Below are positions 7,785 to 16,029 of a stretch of DNA of 64,000 nucleotides, piece after piece. The first letter of the stretch is position 1; each line of letters starts with the position of its first letter. Under the pieces are notes generated by a model. It had not been told where the DNA came from, did not search any database, and was given only the letters and a program-made list of their open reading frames with translations. The DNA is taken from NCBI GenBank assembly GCA_050010755.1, contig JBEKKK010000005.1, positions 2,276 through 66,275 of the forward strand. The letters are read 5' to 3'. Made by a program: the position numbers and the translations under genes. This DNA comes from Candidatus Bathyarchaeia archaeon (lineage in GTDB: Archaea > Thermoproteota > Bathyarchaeia > Bathyarchaeales > Bathycorpusculaceae).

Positions 7785-9317
7785 TTACGGGTCGGTGTTT
7801 CCAAAGTGTCTGGCAATCAAGGCGATATCTCTCATGTCGATTTTTCCGTCGTTGTTAAAATCTGCGTTCGCGTTCCAGTTGCCAGAACCGGGGGCAGACC
7901 CGAAACATCTGGCAGTGACAGCAATGTCCTTCATGTCAACCCGCCCGTCAGGCCAGCCGGTTTTGCTTGTGATGTCGCAGGCAATCGCGACTATGATCGA
8001 ATGGTCTGTGAAGTTGTTGTTCGACGTGTTCGTTTCGTCTGGAACAGGCCAAGCGTAGGCGTTGATTGTGTAGTTTCCCTTGGCAAAACCAGTGGCATTC
8101 CAGACAAGAGTCATGTTAGTTGAGGTTCCGCTTGCCAGGGTTACGTTTTGCGAGGTGACAAAGGTTGCGTTGGCGTACGCGGTGACATTGAAGGTTTCAG
8201 TATAGTTACCCGAGTTTTGAACGGTCGCCGTGAGGTTACCCAGATAACCTTGCCCCAAAATGGTCTTGGCCGATGTAAGGTTTGTGATCGCTACGTCGTC
8301 GATTCCCGTCGATGAAGTTGCAATCGCCCCTCTTATGAAAGCGTGCCAGTTCGGGTCTGGCGAGAAGCCGTTGATTTGCAAGTAGTTCTGCAACTCCAGC
8401 GCAGATGGCAGATAGCCTGGAGGCGGTGGCATCACCGGATAGGGTACTGCGGTGTAAGCGTCCTGCGATACCAGTGAGGCATTGTTGTGGTCGCTGGTCG
8501 AAAGATCAACGTGTGGAACCGGTGAGCGACCCGGAACCACCCCAGCTTCGAAAGCGTTGTAGTAAGGGTCACTCACAAGCACCTGGTTGGTCAGGTTATC
8601 GATACCAGCGCAAGTCACGCAGTGGCCCAGTTCGAAGATTGGGTTTGTAGCGGGTATCCAGTTTCCCGCGTTGAAGTACCAGAATTCGAGACAGAGTTCA
8701 ACATCCTGGCAAGCCTCGACCTGTTGGTCAATCCAGCTAAAGCCAGCCGGCCCAGCAGGGTAATCCATTCCGTGAACCTCGAACAATCCAGCTACGCCAT
8801 GGTTTGCTAAGTATGCGTTAATTCCGGGCTGAATGTCTGCGTACTTCGTTCCAACGTAGCCTCCACCCACTCCAAGGCCGTCCGTGTGCATATCCGTTGC
8901 CAGCTCGGGGACAATTCCGAAGACGTTTTGCGGGTCATGGTCGTCCCACGGGCCATAAGCGGTTACTAAGCTGAAGTGATCGCTTACTGTCGGAGGGGGC
9001 ACCGGAGTCGAGTAGTTCTTTGACTCGAATTTCGAGTCAAGCCACCAGAGCGAGTTTGCAACGGCAACCGGAACACACCAAGAGTATTGCACATGTCCTA
9101 CGTCAGTCGTAAATTGAGGTTGCTTCTCGTCAAAATCCGGCATACCGCTGGGAGCGTAGTCTGGGAATCCAGGCTTGACGTACCCCGGCCACGAGTCGAG
9201 CCGTGCTCCATAAGTGTGTAGGACCACTAGTGTGCTTGTCATCATCATAACAGTTAAAATCAAAGATGCATACTTCAATAGAATACTCATTGTTTTCCCT
9301 TTCTCCCTATATTTCAA
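7785..9317 (-). CDS. Secreted putative papain-fold (C39-like) cysteine peptidase + CARDB-like domain + dockerin
   Basis: 510-aa ORF with a signal/TM segment (ILLKYASLILTVMMMTSTLVVL). The candidate nucleophile context is YSWCVPVAVANSLWWLD and the later candidate His context is ELGHCVTCAGID...VSDPYY. The CARDB-like segment is DVAITNLTSAKTILGQG...NYTINAYAWPVPDETNTSNNN. The dockerin is DGRVDMKDIAVTARCFG...NADFNNDGKIDMRDIALIARHFG. The coding call is strong; the peptidase assignment is tentative. Confidence 0.8.
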   Translation of the reverse strand: MKYREKGKTMSILLKYASLILTVMMMTSTLVVLHTYGARLDSWPGYVKPGFPDYAPSGMPDFDEKQPQFTTDVGHVQYSWCVPVAVANSLWWLDSKFESKNYSTPVPPPTVSDHFSLVTAYGPWDDHDPQNVFGIVPELATDMHTDGLGVGGGYVGTKYADIQPGINAYLANHGVAGLFEVHGMDYPAGPAGFSWIDQQVEACQDVELCLEFWYFNAGNWIPATNPIFELGHCVTCAGIDNLTNQVLVSDPYYNAFEAGVVPGRSPVPHVDLSTSDHNNASLVSQDAYTAVPYPVMPPPPGYLPSALELQNYLQINGFSPDPNWHAFIRGAIATSSTGIDDVAITNLTSAKTILGQGYLGNLTATVQNSGNYTETFNVTAYANATFVTSQNVTLASGTSTNMTLVWNATGFAKGNYTINAYAWPVPDETNTSNNNFTDHSIIVAIACDITSKTGWPDGRVDMKDIAVTARCFGSAPGSGNWNANADFNNDGKIDMRDIALIARHFGNTDP

Positions 9318-9384
9318 TACAAAACTATAGAGTCATGTTTCAGGTTAAAAGATTTTCGGCAGAATGTTCTATATGTCTCAAACT

Positions 9385-9415
9385 TGACACATTAGTGTCA
9401 GGGAAGCTGCTTCCC
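9385..9415. promoter_or_regulatory. Two adjacent perfect palindromes (tgacac-atta-gtgtca; gggaagc-t-gcttccc)
   Basis: Read directly from the sequence. They lie 68-98 nt upstream of the start of gene 7785-9317 and about 70-100 nt downstream of the ligase stop. They could be operator sites or transcript-end hairpins. Confidence 0.25.
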
Positions 9416-9482
9416 ACTCCTTGCGCGCACTTAAGGCCAGGCTATTTTCAAGCTGATGAATCTGTTGAATGATTATCTGGAC

Positions 9483-11246
9483 CTAGCTTTCACCAATCTT
9501 CTTCAACTGTTTCCGGTACATTTCGACGATTTCTTCGGAAGTGGTCGCATCTTCCGCTGCTTTGTCCGTCCTATAGTTTCCAGTAAAACGGGGAAAACGA
9601 ATGGCCAGTCCGCTTCCTTTACGAACGGCATCTTTGGCACACGTGTGGATAGGGCTTAATGTGATCTCTGCGCCCAGGATTTCAAGCACTGTTATTGGCT
9701 CAAACCAGACGTCAGCTTCAAGCGTTGAATTGACTCTCGAATGTTTGTGTTGAATTACATATTTTTGCAGCATTTTCGGAAGCCTTGCCAGGTCTTCGTC
9801 AGTGAACCCTGTTCCACACTTCGTCACAGTTTCGAACGTGTCGTTCTGTGAATTGTAGGCTGCAAGCAACAGAGCACCGTAAGCGCCTGCCCGTTTTCCT
9901 CTACCGTGAAAAGCTCCCACCACAACCAGATCAACAGTGTCGGTCATCTCACTCTTGTAGTCCCGTTTGTACTTTATCCAAAGCCAGCCGCGGGCGCCAG
10001 CCTGATAAACCGAATCCTTTGCGATTGACTTGCACACCAGACCTTCACAACCATTCTCAATCGCATCTTGAAAGAACTTTTCAAGCTCCTCCGCGTTCTT
10101 TGCAACTGTGTAGTTGGCTGTCGTCGTATGTTCACTGCTTCCAACCACCTTCTCGAGCAGTTTCCTCCGTTCTGGATAAGGCTCGAACGTTAAATCCTTT
10201 CCATCAACATAGAGCAACTCAAAGAAGAAAAGAGAGACCGGATAATCTTCAATGGCTTTCTCAATCCCATATTTGCGCCTGCGATGCATAAGTTCTTGAA
10301 AAGGGCGCATCTCACCCGTGTCAGGATCTACAGCCACGCATTCACACTCAAGAATCGCTTCTCTTGCCTTGACATGCTTCTTGAAGAGTCCGACGGCATC
10401 GGGGTATTGACTTGAAATGTTCTCCAAACGTCTAGAATAGAGCGTAACCTTCTCTCCTTTCTTATGTGCCTGGAGTCGTTCCCCGTCATACTTGTACTCG
10501 GCAATGCATTTTCCACCCAGTTTTTCCAATATTTCCTCGGGAGAAGAGAGCCTTTCCGCCAGCATCGGTCGAATAGGCTCGTCAATCGACACGTGGAAAC
10601 TCTTGATCCCCTCTATTCCTTGGCGGACAATGGTTTCAGCCACTCGTCCAAGGTCTGAACAGATGTTGTAAGCCCGCTCTACAAGTTCCCGGCTATCCTT
10701 CCCTCCCCCATAAGCGATAGCCAAGGCGTCCAGAACAGTCATATCGGCTATGCCCAAACGGAGGTTGCCTGTCGCAGTTCTCATGATGTACTTTGCTTCC
10801 TTCGGACTGGCCGCGGCTAAAAGCCCAGCCAAGAGGGAAAGCTTCATATCCACAGCTCCGGAACCTGAAGACGCTGCCATTTTGTCAAGCGTTTCATAGA
10901 CCTTCTGAACTGTCAACGGCTCTTGAGAAAAGGTAACTTGCCTCTTGCTCGCAAGAAACTTCTGAGCCGTTTCTCCAACATCTCCTGTATGCTCAATGTC
11001 GTCTTCGATTTCGGTTTCTCTCCTCCCAGAAGCTCTCGCAAGGGCTTTTATCGCTGATTTTTCAGCCACGCCAATTTCTATTCCGGAGAAATCAGGGTGT
11101 ATTCGGCCTTGAGTCAAATAGGCGACTTTGCCTATGAGTTCTTTCGGCGTGTTCTTGAGCAGATCAACCAACAGGTCCGTCATTTCAAGTCTCTTACTCG
11201 TGGCCTCTATCTTTTCATAAGCATCCGCAATGACAATGTACTTCAA
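9483..11246 (-). CDS. lig: ATP-dependent DNA ligase
   Basis: 587-aa ORF with the adenylation motif I KYDGERLQAH. It also has the typical archaeal ligase N-terminal DNA-binding domain and a C-terminal OB domain (LWIKYKRDY, VVGAFHGRGKRAG, AIRFPRF). Confidence 0.95.
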   Translation of the reverse strand: MKYIVIADAYEKIEATSKRLEMTDLLVDLLKNTPKELIGKVAYLTQGRIHPDFSGIEIGVAEKSAIKALARASGRRETEIEDDIEHTGDVGETAQKFLASKRQVTFSQEPLTVQKVYETLDKMAASSGSGAVDMKLSLLAGLLAAASPKEAKYIMRTATGNLRLGIADMTVLDALAIAYGGGKDSRELVERAYNICSDLGRVAETIVRQGIEGIKSFHVSIDEPIRPMLAERLSSPEEILEKLGGKCIAEYKYDGERLQAHKKGEKVTLYSRRLENISSQYPDAVGLFKKHVKAREAILECECVAVDPDTGEMRPFQELMHRRRKYGIEKAIEDYPVSLFFFELLYVDGKDLTFEPYPERRKLLEKVVGSSEHTTTANYTVAKNAEELEKFFQDAIENGCEGLVCKSIAKDSVYQAGARGWLWIKYKRDYKSEMTDTVDLVVVGAFHGRGKRAGAYGALLLAAYNSQNDTFETVTKCGTGFTDEDLARLPKMLQKYVIQHKHSRVNSTLEADVWFEPITVLEILGAEITLSPIHTCAKDAVRKGSGLAIRFPRFTGNYRTDKAAEDATTSEEIVEMYRKQLKKIGES

Positions 11247-11349
11247 CTCGCCAACCTCTCAGAGGCTAGATAGATTCGACGGCCTATTAAATTGTCAGAC
11301 CGAAACCCTTGCAGGCCTCAGAGCTGATTTGCTTCAAGAAACTTGCGCT

Positions 11350-11895
11350 TCACTCTCTTTGAAACACTTCGTAGTGCACAACCTGGTGTGCAGTTCGTTT
11401 GCCTCGCGAAGAAGGAAACTTTGATGCGTGCCCCACTGGAATCAACGCCACGGGCCGTATTCCCTCAGCAAGGTTCAGGATTTCACTTACAGCTCCCTCC
11501 TTGAACGCGCCTACCCAGCACGTGCCTAAACCAGCCGAGTAGGCAGCCAAATGAATGTTCTGTATGGCTGCGGCAGTGTCCTGTATACAGTACATTGTTC
11601 TGCCTCTCTCACCATATCCCTCGAAAGAACGATTTTCATCGGCGCAAACGACGATCACGACTGGAGCATCCTCTAAAAACGATTGGCCAAAGGCGGCTTC
11701 TGCCAGTTTCTTCTTGAGTTCTGATCTTCTGACGATTATGAACTCCCACGGCTGGATGTTCCCAGCCGAAGGCGCCCACCGGGCAGCATCTATCAAACCT
11801 GCAACAGTTTCTTTCGACACATCCTTCCCGCTTTCAAAAGCCCTTACACTTCTCCTACCCTTGATCGCCTCAATCACGTCCATATTTTCCTTCAA
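11350..11895 (-). CDS. Nitroreductase family protein
   Basis: 181-aa ORF with the motifs RRSVRAF, APSAGNIQPWEFIIV and a conserved C-terminal GIRPVALIPVG. Confidence 0.8.
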   Translation of the reverse strand: MKENMDVIEAIKGRRSVRAFESGKDVSKETVAGLIDAARWAPSAGNIQPWEFIIVRRSELKKKLAEAAFGQSFLEDAPVVIVVCADENRSFEGYGERGRTMYCIQDTAAAIQNIHLAAYSAGLGTCWVGAFKEGAVSEILNLAEGIRPVALIPVGHASKFPSSRGKRTAHQVVHYEVFQRE

Positions 11896-12114
11896 CTCCG
11901 AGCTTTACAATTTACTGCACAAAAGCCTTAAGTTTTGTCGTATCCCCTAGTTCAGCCAGGATGATGAGAACGAGAGTCAACAGAGCAAAAGCGGTGATGT
12001 GACTCGACGGGCGAACTGACATAATCCAGTACAGAAAACTTATGAACAAAAAACCGAGTGGAGATAGGAAACTAGGATGCAAGAATGCAATTCGCAGTAT
12101 GGAAAAGGTGAAAG

Positions 12115-13782
12115 TTGTCGAAACAGAAAATCATCGAGGCCTTAGATGCAGCATCATCGAGAAGAAGCATTAAGTACGCAGTGTACCTGATTGCGATAAT
12201 CCTTTTCTTCGCCCTGATTCTTCTGCCTCCCATACTTGGAATAGTCATACATTTCACCTCAATCCAGGTCGTCCTCAACAACCCAGCGCTCGAAAACCGG
12301 GCCTTGACGGCGATTGCGAACAGTTTCACGATCGCGCTTTTTGTCGCAGCTATCGATCTCATTGCTGGAATTCCAATGGCATGGCTCATAGCTCGTAAGA
12401 GATCGCGATGGCTAAGCGCCCTTGACACGTTGTCTGACATTCCATTTATTGTGCCGACAGCCGTTCTCGGCTACTCACTTCTTCTCTTCTGGTACAAGCC
12501 TTCCGGAATATCGGCGGTCTTCGAAGGGCCGCTCATTTCACCGGGATGGCTTTTGGTGATACTGCTCCACTTCACTTTTTCCTTTCCAGTCGTCGTCAGA
12601 GTTGTGGTCGGAGCACTGCTGGATTACAAACGAGAGTTCGAAAACGCCTCAAGAACGCTGGGCGCCCCGCCTCTCACCGCGTCAAGAACTGTCACATTCC
12701 CAATAATAAAACCATCATTAATAGCAGCCTTCATCCTTGCCTTTTCGAGATCGGTCTCAGAAACAGGCGCAACCTTCATAGTCGCAGGAGCCTTTGAAAA
12801 CGGTTCAATTTTCCTGCAAAACATAAAGAAAACCTACGGGTCCACAAATCCCACATTTTACGGAGCCATCGTTTTCGCAAGCTTCATCCTTATCGCAGTC
12901 TCCGTTTCTATCTTCTTGATAGTTCGCACGTTGGGTCCCCGATTGAAGCTGCCTGTCAAACGCATTTGGCCGTCTTTCGAAAGGAAACTGAGCTATTCCA
13001 AAGCGGAATCCTCAAGAAACACAGCCACACTTGCAGTCTTTTTGGCAATCGTTCTGATACCATCATTATTCGTTGCACTCCCAGCGTTTCAGGCAATATT
13101 CACGAACACGTTCAGCGCGTCCCTGCAAGGCAAGGGCATCTGGGCGAGTTATTGGCAGGGGCTGGTCCTCTCGTACGGTCTTGCGGCGATAGTCACCGTG
13201 CTTAACATAATCATCGGATTGCCCATGGCCATCGCCATTGCGAGAAAAAAGCTCGGTCACGTATCATCAGGAATCTTGGACGTTCTCGTCAACATTCCTT
13301 TAGTCGTTCCCTCAATAGCGCTGGGGTTTTCTCTTGCAATTTTCTGGAACACCTTCACTTCCATACCACAGCTCCTGCTGCTGATTTTTGCCCACCTCAC
13401 AATCACGTATCCTTACTTCGTCAGGTCCATGTCGGCAGCTGTGGAAAGAATCAGCATGGATATGGAAGAAGCCTCGAGGACACTCGGAGCCAAACCACTG
13501 GGAGTTTTCAGGACCATCATTTTGCCCTTGACGAAGTACTCAGTATTTTCAGGCGCAGTGCTCGTTTTCACCAGGAGCGTGAGCGAAACCGGTGCGACGA
13601 TGGCGGTGGCTTCAACACTGAAAACTGTGCCATTGGTACTAGTGAACTGGATAAACCCTCCATCCGGCCAGCTGACTGCCTCACCTTTGCAAATAGGACT
13701 AGGAAGCGGTTACTTAATACTCCTCTCGTTCCTCATTCTCCTCGCATCAAGATTCATCGTGAAAGGCAAAGGAAGATACTGA
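12115..13782 (+). CDS. ABC importer permease, fused two-domain type (Fe(III)/thiamine FbpB/ThiP-like)
   Basis: 555-aa polytopic ORF with a TTG start. Two EAA-type loops are present: ASRTLGAPPLTASRTVTFPIIKP and ASRTLGAKPLGVFRTIILPLTKY. The substrate cannot be determined. Confidence 0.8.
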   Translation: MSKQKIIEALDAASSRRSIKYAVYLIAIILFFALILLPPILGIVIHFTSIQVVLNNPALENRALTAIANSFTIALFVAAIDLIAGIPMAWLIARKRSRWLSALDTLSDIPFIVPTAVLGYSLLLFWYKPSGISAVFEGPLISPGWLLVILLHFTFSFPVVVRVVVGALLDYKREFENASRTLGAPPLTASRTVTFPIIKPSLIAAFILAFSRSVSETGATFIVAGAFENGSIFLQNIKKTYGSTNPTFYGAIVFASFILIAVSVSIFLIVRTLGPRLKLPVKRIWPSFERKLSYSKAESSRNTATLAVFLAIVLIPSLFVALPAFQAIFTNTFSASLQGKGIWASYWQGLVLSYGLAAIVTVLNIIIGLPMAIAIARKKLGHVSSGILDVLVNIPLVVPSIALGFSLAIFWNTFTSIPQLLLLIFAHLTITYPYFVRSMSAAVERISMDMEEASRTLGAKPLGVFRTIILPLTKYSVFSGAVLVFTRSVSETGATMAVASTLKTVPLVLVNWINPPSGQLTASPLQIGLGSGYLILLSFLILLASRFIVKGKGRY

Positions 13783-13835
13783 CATGTTTAATAAACAAGC
13801 CCAGTCCATGACGTTGTTCGAGCAACCATGAATTC

Positions 13836-14960
13836 ATGTTGGAAGTGAGCTCTTCAATGCCGGACGTTCGAATCGAAAACGTAACCAAAAGGTTCGGGAA
13901 ACTAGTGGCAGTGGACGACGTGAGCCTTCACATTCATGAAAAGGAATACTTCGCTCTGTTGGGACCGAGTGGGTGTGGAAAAACAACCCTTCTGCGGCTC
14001 ATTGCGGGACTAATCAAGCCTGACAAGGGGAAAATATACATCGGGGACAGGCTCGTCAATGATGTCCCTCCAGAAGACCGGGATATTGGCTTCGTCTTTC
14101 AGACGTTCGCGCTGTTTCCGCACATGGATGCGTGGAACAACGTGACCTATGGCCCAAAAGTAAAGGGTTTCGACATGAAGAAAGCGGGGACGATTGGACA
14201 TGAAGTGCTTGAAATGGTCAGGCTGAACGAACGCTTGGACGCTTTTCCGAATGAACTTAGCGGTGGAATGATGCAGAGGATAGCCGTGGCGCGGGCTTTG
14301 GCTGCGGGGGCCAAACTGCTGCTTCTGGACGAGCCTCTGGGACAGCTGGACGCAAAAGTGCGGAATGACTTGAGGTACGAAATACGGAGGATGACGAAGG
14401 ATTTGGGACTTACCGCAATTCACGTGACTCATGATCAGGCTGAAGCAATGGCAATTTCTGATAGGATAGCAGTCATGAAGAAAGGAAGCATAAGACAAGT
14501 TGGCACACCAAGCGAGCTTTACATGTCTCCGGACAACGTTTTTGTGGCCAACTTTATCGGAGAATCAAACTTTCTGGAAGGGTATGTCGCAGAGGAAGAT
14601 GACAAGAAGATGACGATAGACCTTCGGGGCAAGGTTCAGATTGAAGTGACAAAGGACAAAGCACGAAAGGGTGAGAGAATAGTATTAGCCATTAGGCCGG
14701 AAACCTTCCTCGTCAAGAAGGGGATAGTGAAAGATGAAAACTCAATCGCTGGAACTGTTGAAAGGGTAACCTTTGAGGGAACAAACATACGTTACGAGAT
14801 CAGACTTAAAAACCAGGACCTGATCGTTATTGTTAAACCTTCAATGACGGGAGAATGGCTTCGTGTCGAGGATGAGGTAACGGTGAGCTTTTCTTCGGAG
14901 AAAGTTCACGTGTTCGAGTATCCCGCGACAGGTTTGAAGGAGGAAATCGCGGTTGAGTGA
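13836..14960 (+). CDS. ABC transporter ATP-binding protein with a C-terminal TOBE-like domain (PotA/FbpC/CysA-like)
   Basis: Walker A is GPSGCGKTT, the signature is LSGGMMQRIAVARAL and Walker B is LLLLDEP. A ~130-aa C-terminal extension follows. Confidence 0.9.
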   Translation: MLEVSSSMPDVRIENVTKRFGKLVAVDDVSLHIHEKEYFALLGPSGCGKTTLLRLIAGLIKPDKGKIYIGDRLVNDVPPEDRDIGFVFQTFALFPHMDAWNNVTYGPKVKGFDMKKAGTIGHEVLEMVRLNERLDAFPNELSGGMMQRIAVARALAAGAKLLLLDEPLGQLDAKVRNDLRYEIRRMTKDLGLTAIHVTHDQAEAMAISDRIAVMKKGSIRQVGTPSELYMSPDNVFVANFIGESNFLEGYVAEEDDKKMTIDLRGKVQIEVTKDKARKGERIVLAIRPETFLVKKGIVKDENSIAGTVERVTFEGTNIRYEIRLKNQDLIVIVKPSMTGEWLRVEDEVTVSFSSEKVHVFEYPATGLKEEIAVE

Positions 14961-15612
14961 ATTGATAAAATGGTTTGAGAAAAGGAAAGAGACAAAGGCT
15001 TTGGCGAACATTCAGCGGCATTTAGCATTGACGAGCGGAATAGTGGAGGACCTTGAAAAGGCGATAAGGGCGGCGGTGGAGCGAGATCTGGATGAAATGC
15101 GAGTCTGCATTGGAAGAGTGGCAAGCGGCGAGAGAGAAGCCGATTCGCTGCGGAGAAAGGTCATGGATGAAATTTCTACAGGAGAACTCTCACCAACGGA
15201 CAGAGAAGACTTGATGGACTTGGTGAAGAGAGTAGACATGGTCGCAGATTGGAGCAGAGAGTCCACCCGTGTGCTCGGCGCTATACCGATGGGGAATGTG
15301 CCGGACTCAATCAAGAACGCCTTCATAGAAATGGTTAAGAGCGTAAGAGAATGTACTGTTTCTCTTCGGAAATGCGTGAACAAGATGATGACAAAACCCG
15401 AAGAAGCGCTTCAAGCCGCAGACGATGTGGAACGGGAAGAGGAAAAGGTCGACGACATGCACGAAAAGGCCAGAGTGTTGCTCGGAACAGAAGACCTTCC
15501 GAGGGCTGGAGTTGCAATATTGGCGAGTCAACTCTTTGAAGCATTGGAAATGATTGCGGACTCGTGTGAGGACGCCTGCGATCAAGTGAGAGTCATAATG
15601 GTCAGAGAATAA
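14953..15612 (+). CDS. DUF47 / PhoU-like (TIGR00153-type) protein
   Basis: 219-aa all-helical ORF with a TTG start overlapping the ATPase stop by 8 nt. Two repeated E-x-x-D segments are typical of the PhoU_div fold (GEREADSLRRKV and EREEEKVDDMHEKA), ending with IADSCEDACDQV. Confidence 0.6.
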   Translation: MSELIKWFEKRKETKALANIQRHLALTSGIVEDLEKAIRAAVERDLDEMRVCIGRVASGEREADSLRRKVMDEISTGELSPTDREDLMDLVKRVDMVADWSRESTRVLGAIPMGNVPDSIKNAFIEMVKSVRECTVSLRKCVNKMMTKPEEALQAADDVEREEEKVDDMHEKARVLLGTEDLPRAGVAILASQLFEALEMIADSCEDACDQVRVIMVRE

Positions 15613-15623
15613 GGCGATGAAAC

Positions 15624-15908
15624 ATGGGTGAAACAAAAATCGATATTTCGGATCTGAAAAGAGAAGGAAGCGATGTCGTTAAGGAGCTGACAACGTTTCT
15701 AGAGGGAAAGACCAAAGCGAAGGCTGAGAGTGCAGTTGACGAAATCACTATCAAGGGCGAAGGAGAGCAAAGTGTCTCAAGGACCTATCTGCGAGTTCTG
15801 TTGCGAAAGTTTCTGCACAAGAACGAGTTGAAAGACTATTACAGAGTGATAAGCGGAAAAGACAACACGCTGGTTGTGAAAGAAAAGAAAACGGCTGAAG
15901 AAGAGTAG
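15624..15908 (+). CDS. rpl22e: Ribosomal protein eL22 (L22e)-like small protein
   Basis: In this 94-aa ORF, the C-terminal part SVSRTYLRVLLRKFLHKNELKDYYRVISGKDNTLVV + acidic tail aligns by eye with eukaryotic eL22 ([35 protein letters not shown] + acidic tail). Confidence 0.6.
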   Translation: MGETKIDISDLKREGSDVVKELTTFLEGKTKAKAESAVDEITIKGEGEQSVSRTYLRVLLRKFLHKNELKDYYRVISGKDNTLVVKEKKTAEEE

Positions 15909-16002
15909 CCTCAAGTTGCGACTCTGAAACACTGAAGGGTGAACCATTCCTTTCCTGAGAGCTATTCTCAATTCGACGAAACCGTATCAAACAGGAATGC
16001 AC

Positions 16003-16012
16003 TTTTTTTTTC
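16003..16012 (+). terminator. T10 tract downstream of the ABC-DUF47-eL22-like gene string
   Basis: cactttttttttttcacg contains ten consecutive T, about 95 nt after the TAG stop of 15624-15908. Confidence 0.4.
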
Positions 16013-16029
16013 ACGCTCAGGTAGAAAAT

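Noticed and set aside
11912-12076. A short minus-strand ORF ending ...LTLVLIILAELGDTTKLKAFVQ, which recalls the E-x-G-D-K-T motif of UPF0016/GDT1 transporters.
   Set aside because: Only about 55 codons are open, there is no clear start, and the ORF stops 9 codons after the motif, whereas the domain should continue for about 60 aa. It is possibly a relic, but it is too short to support.
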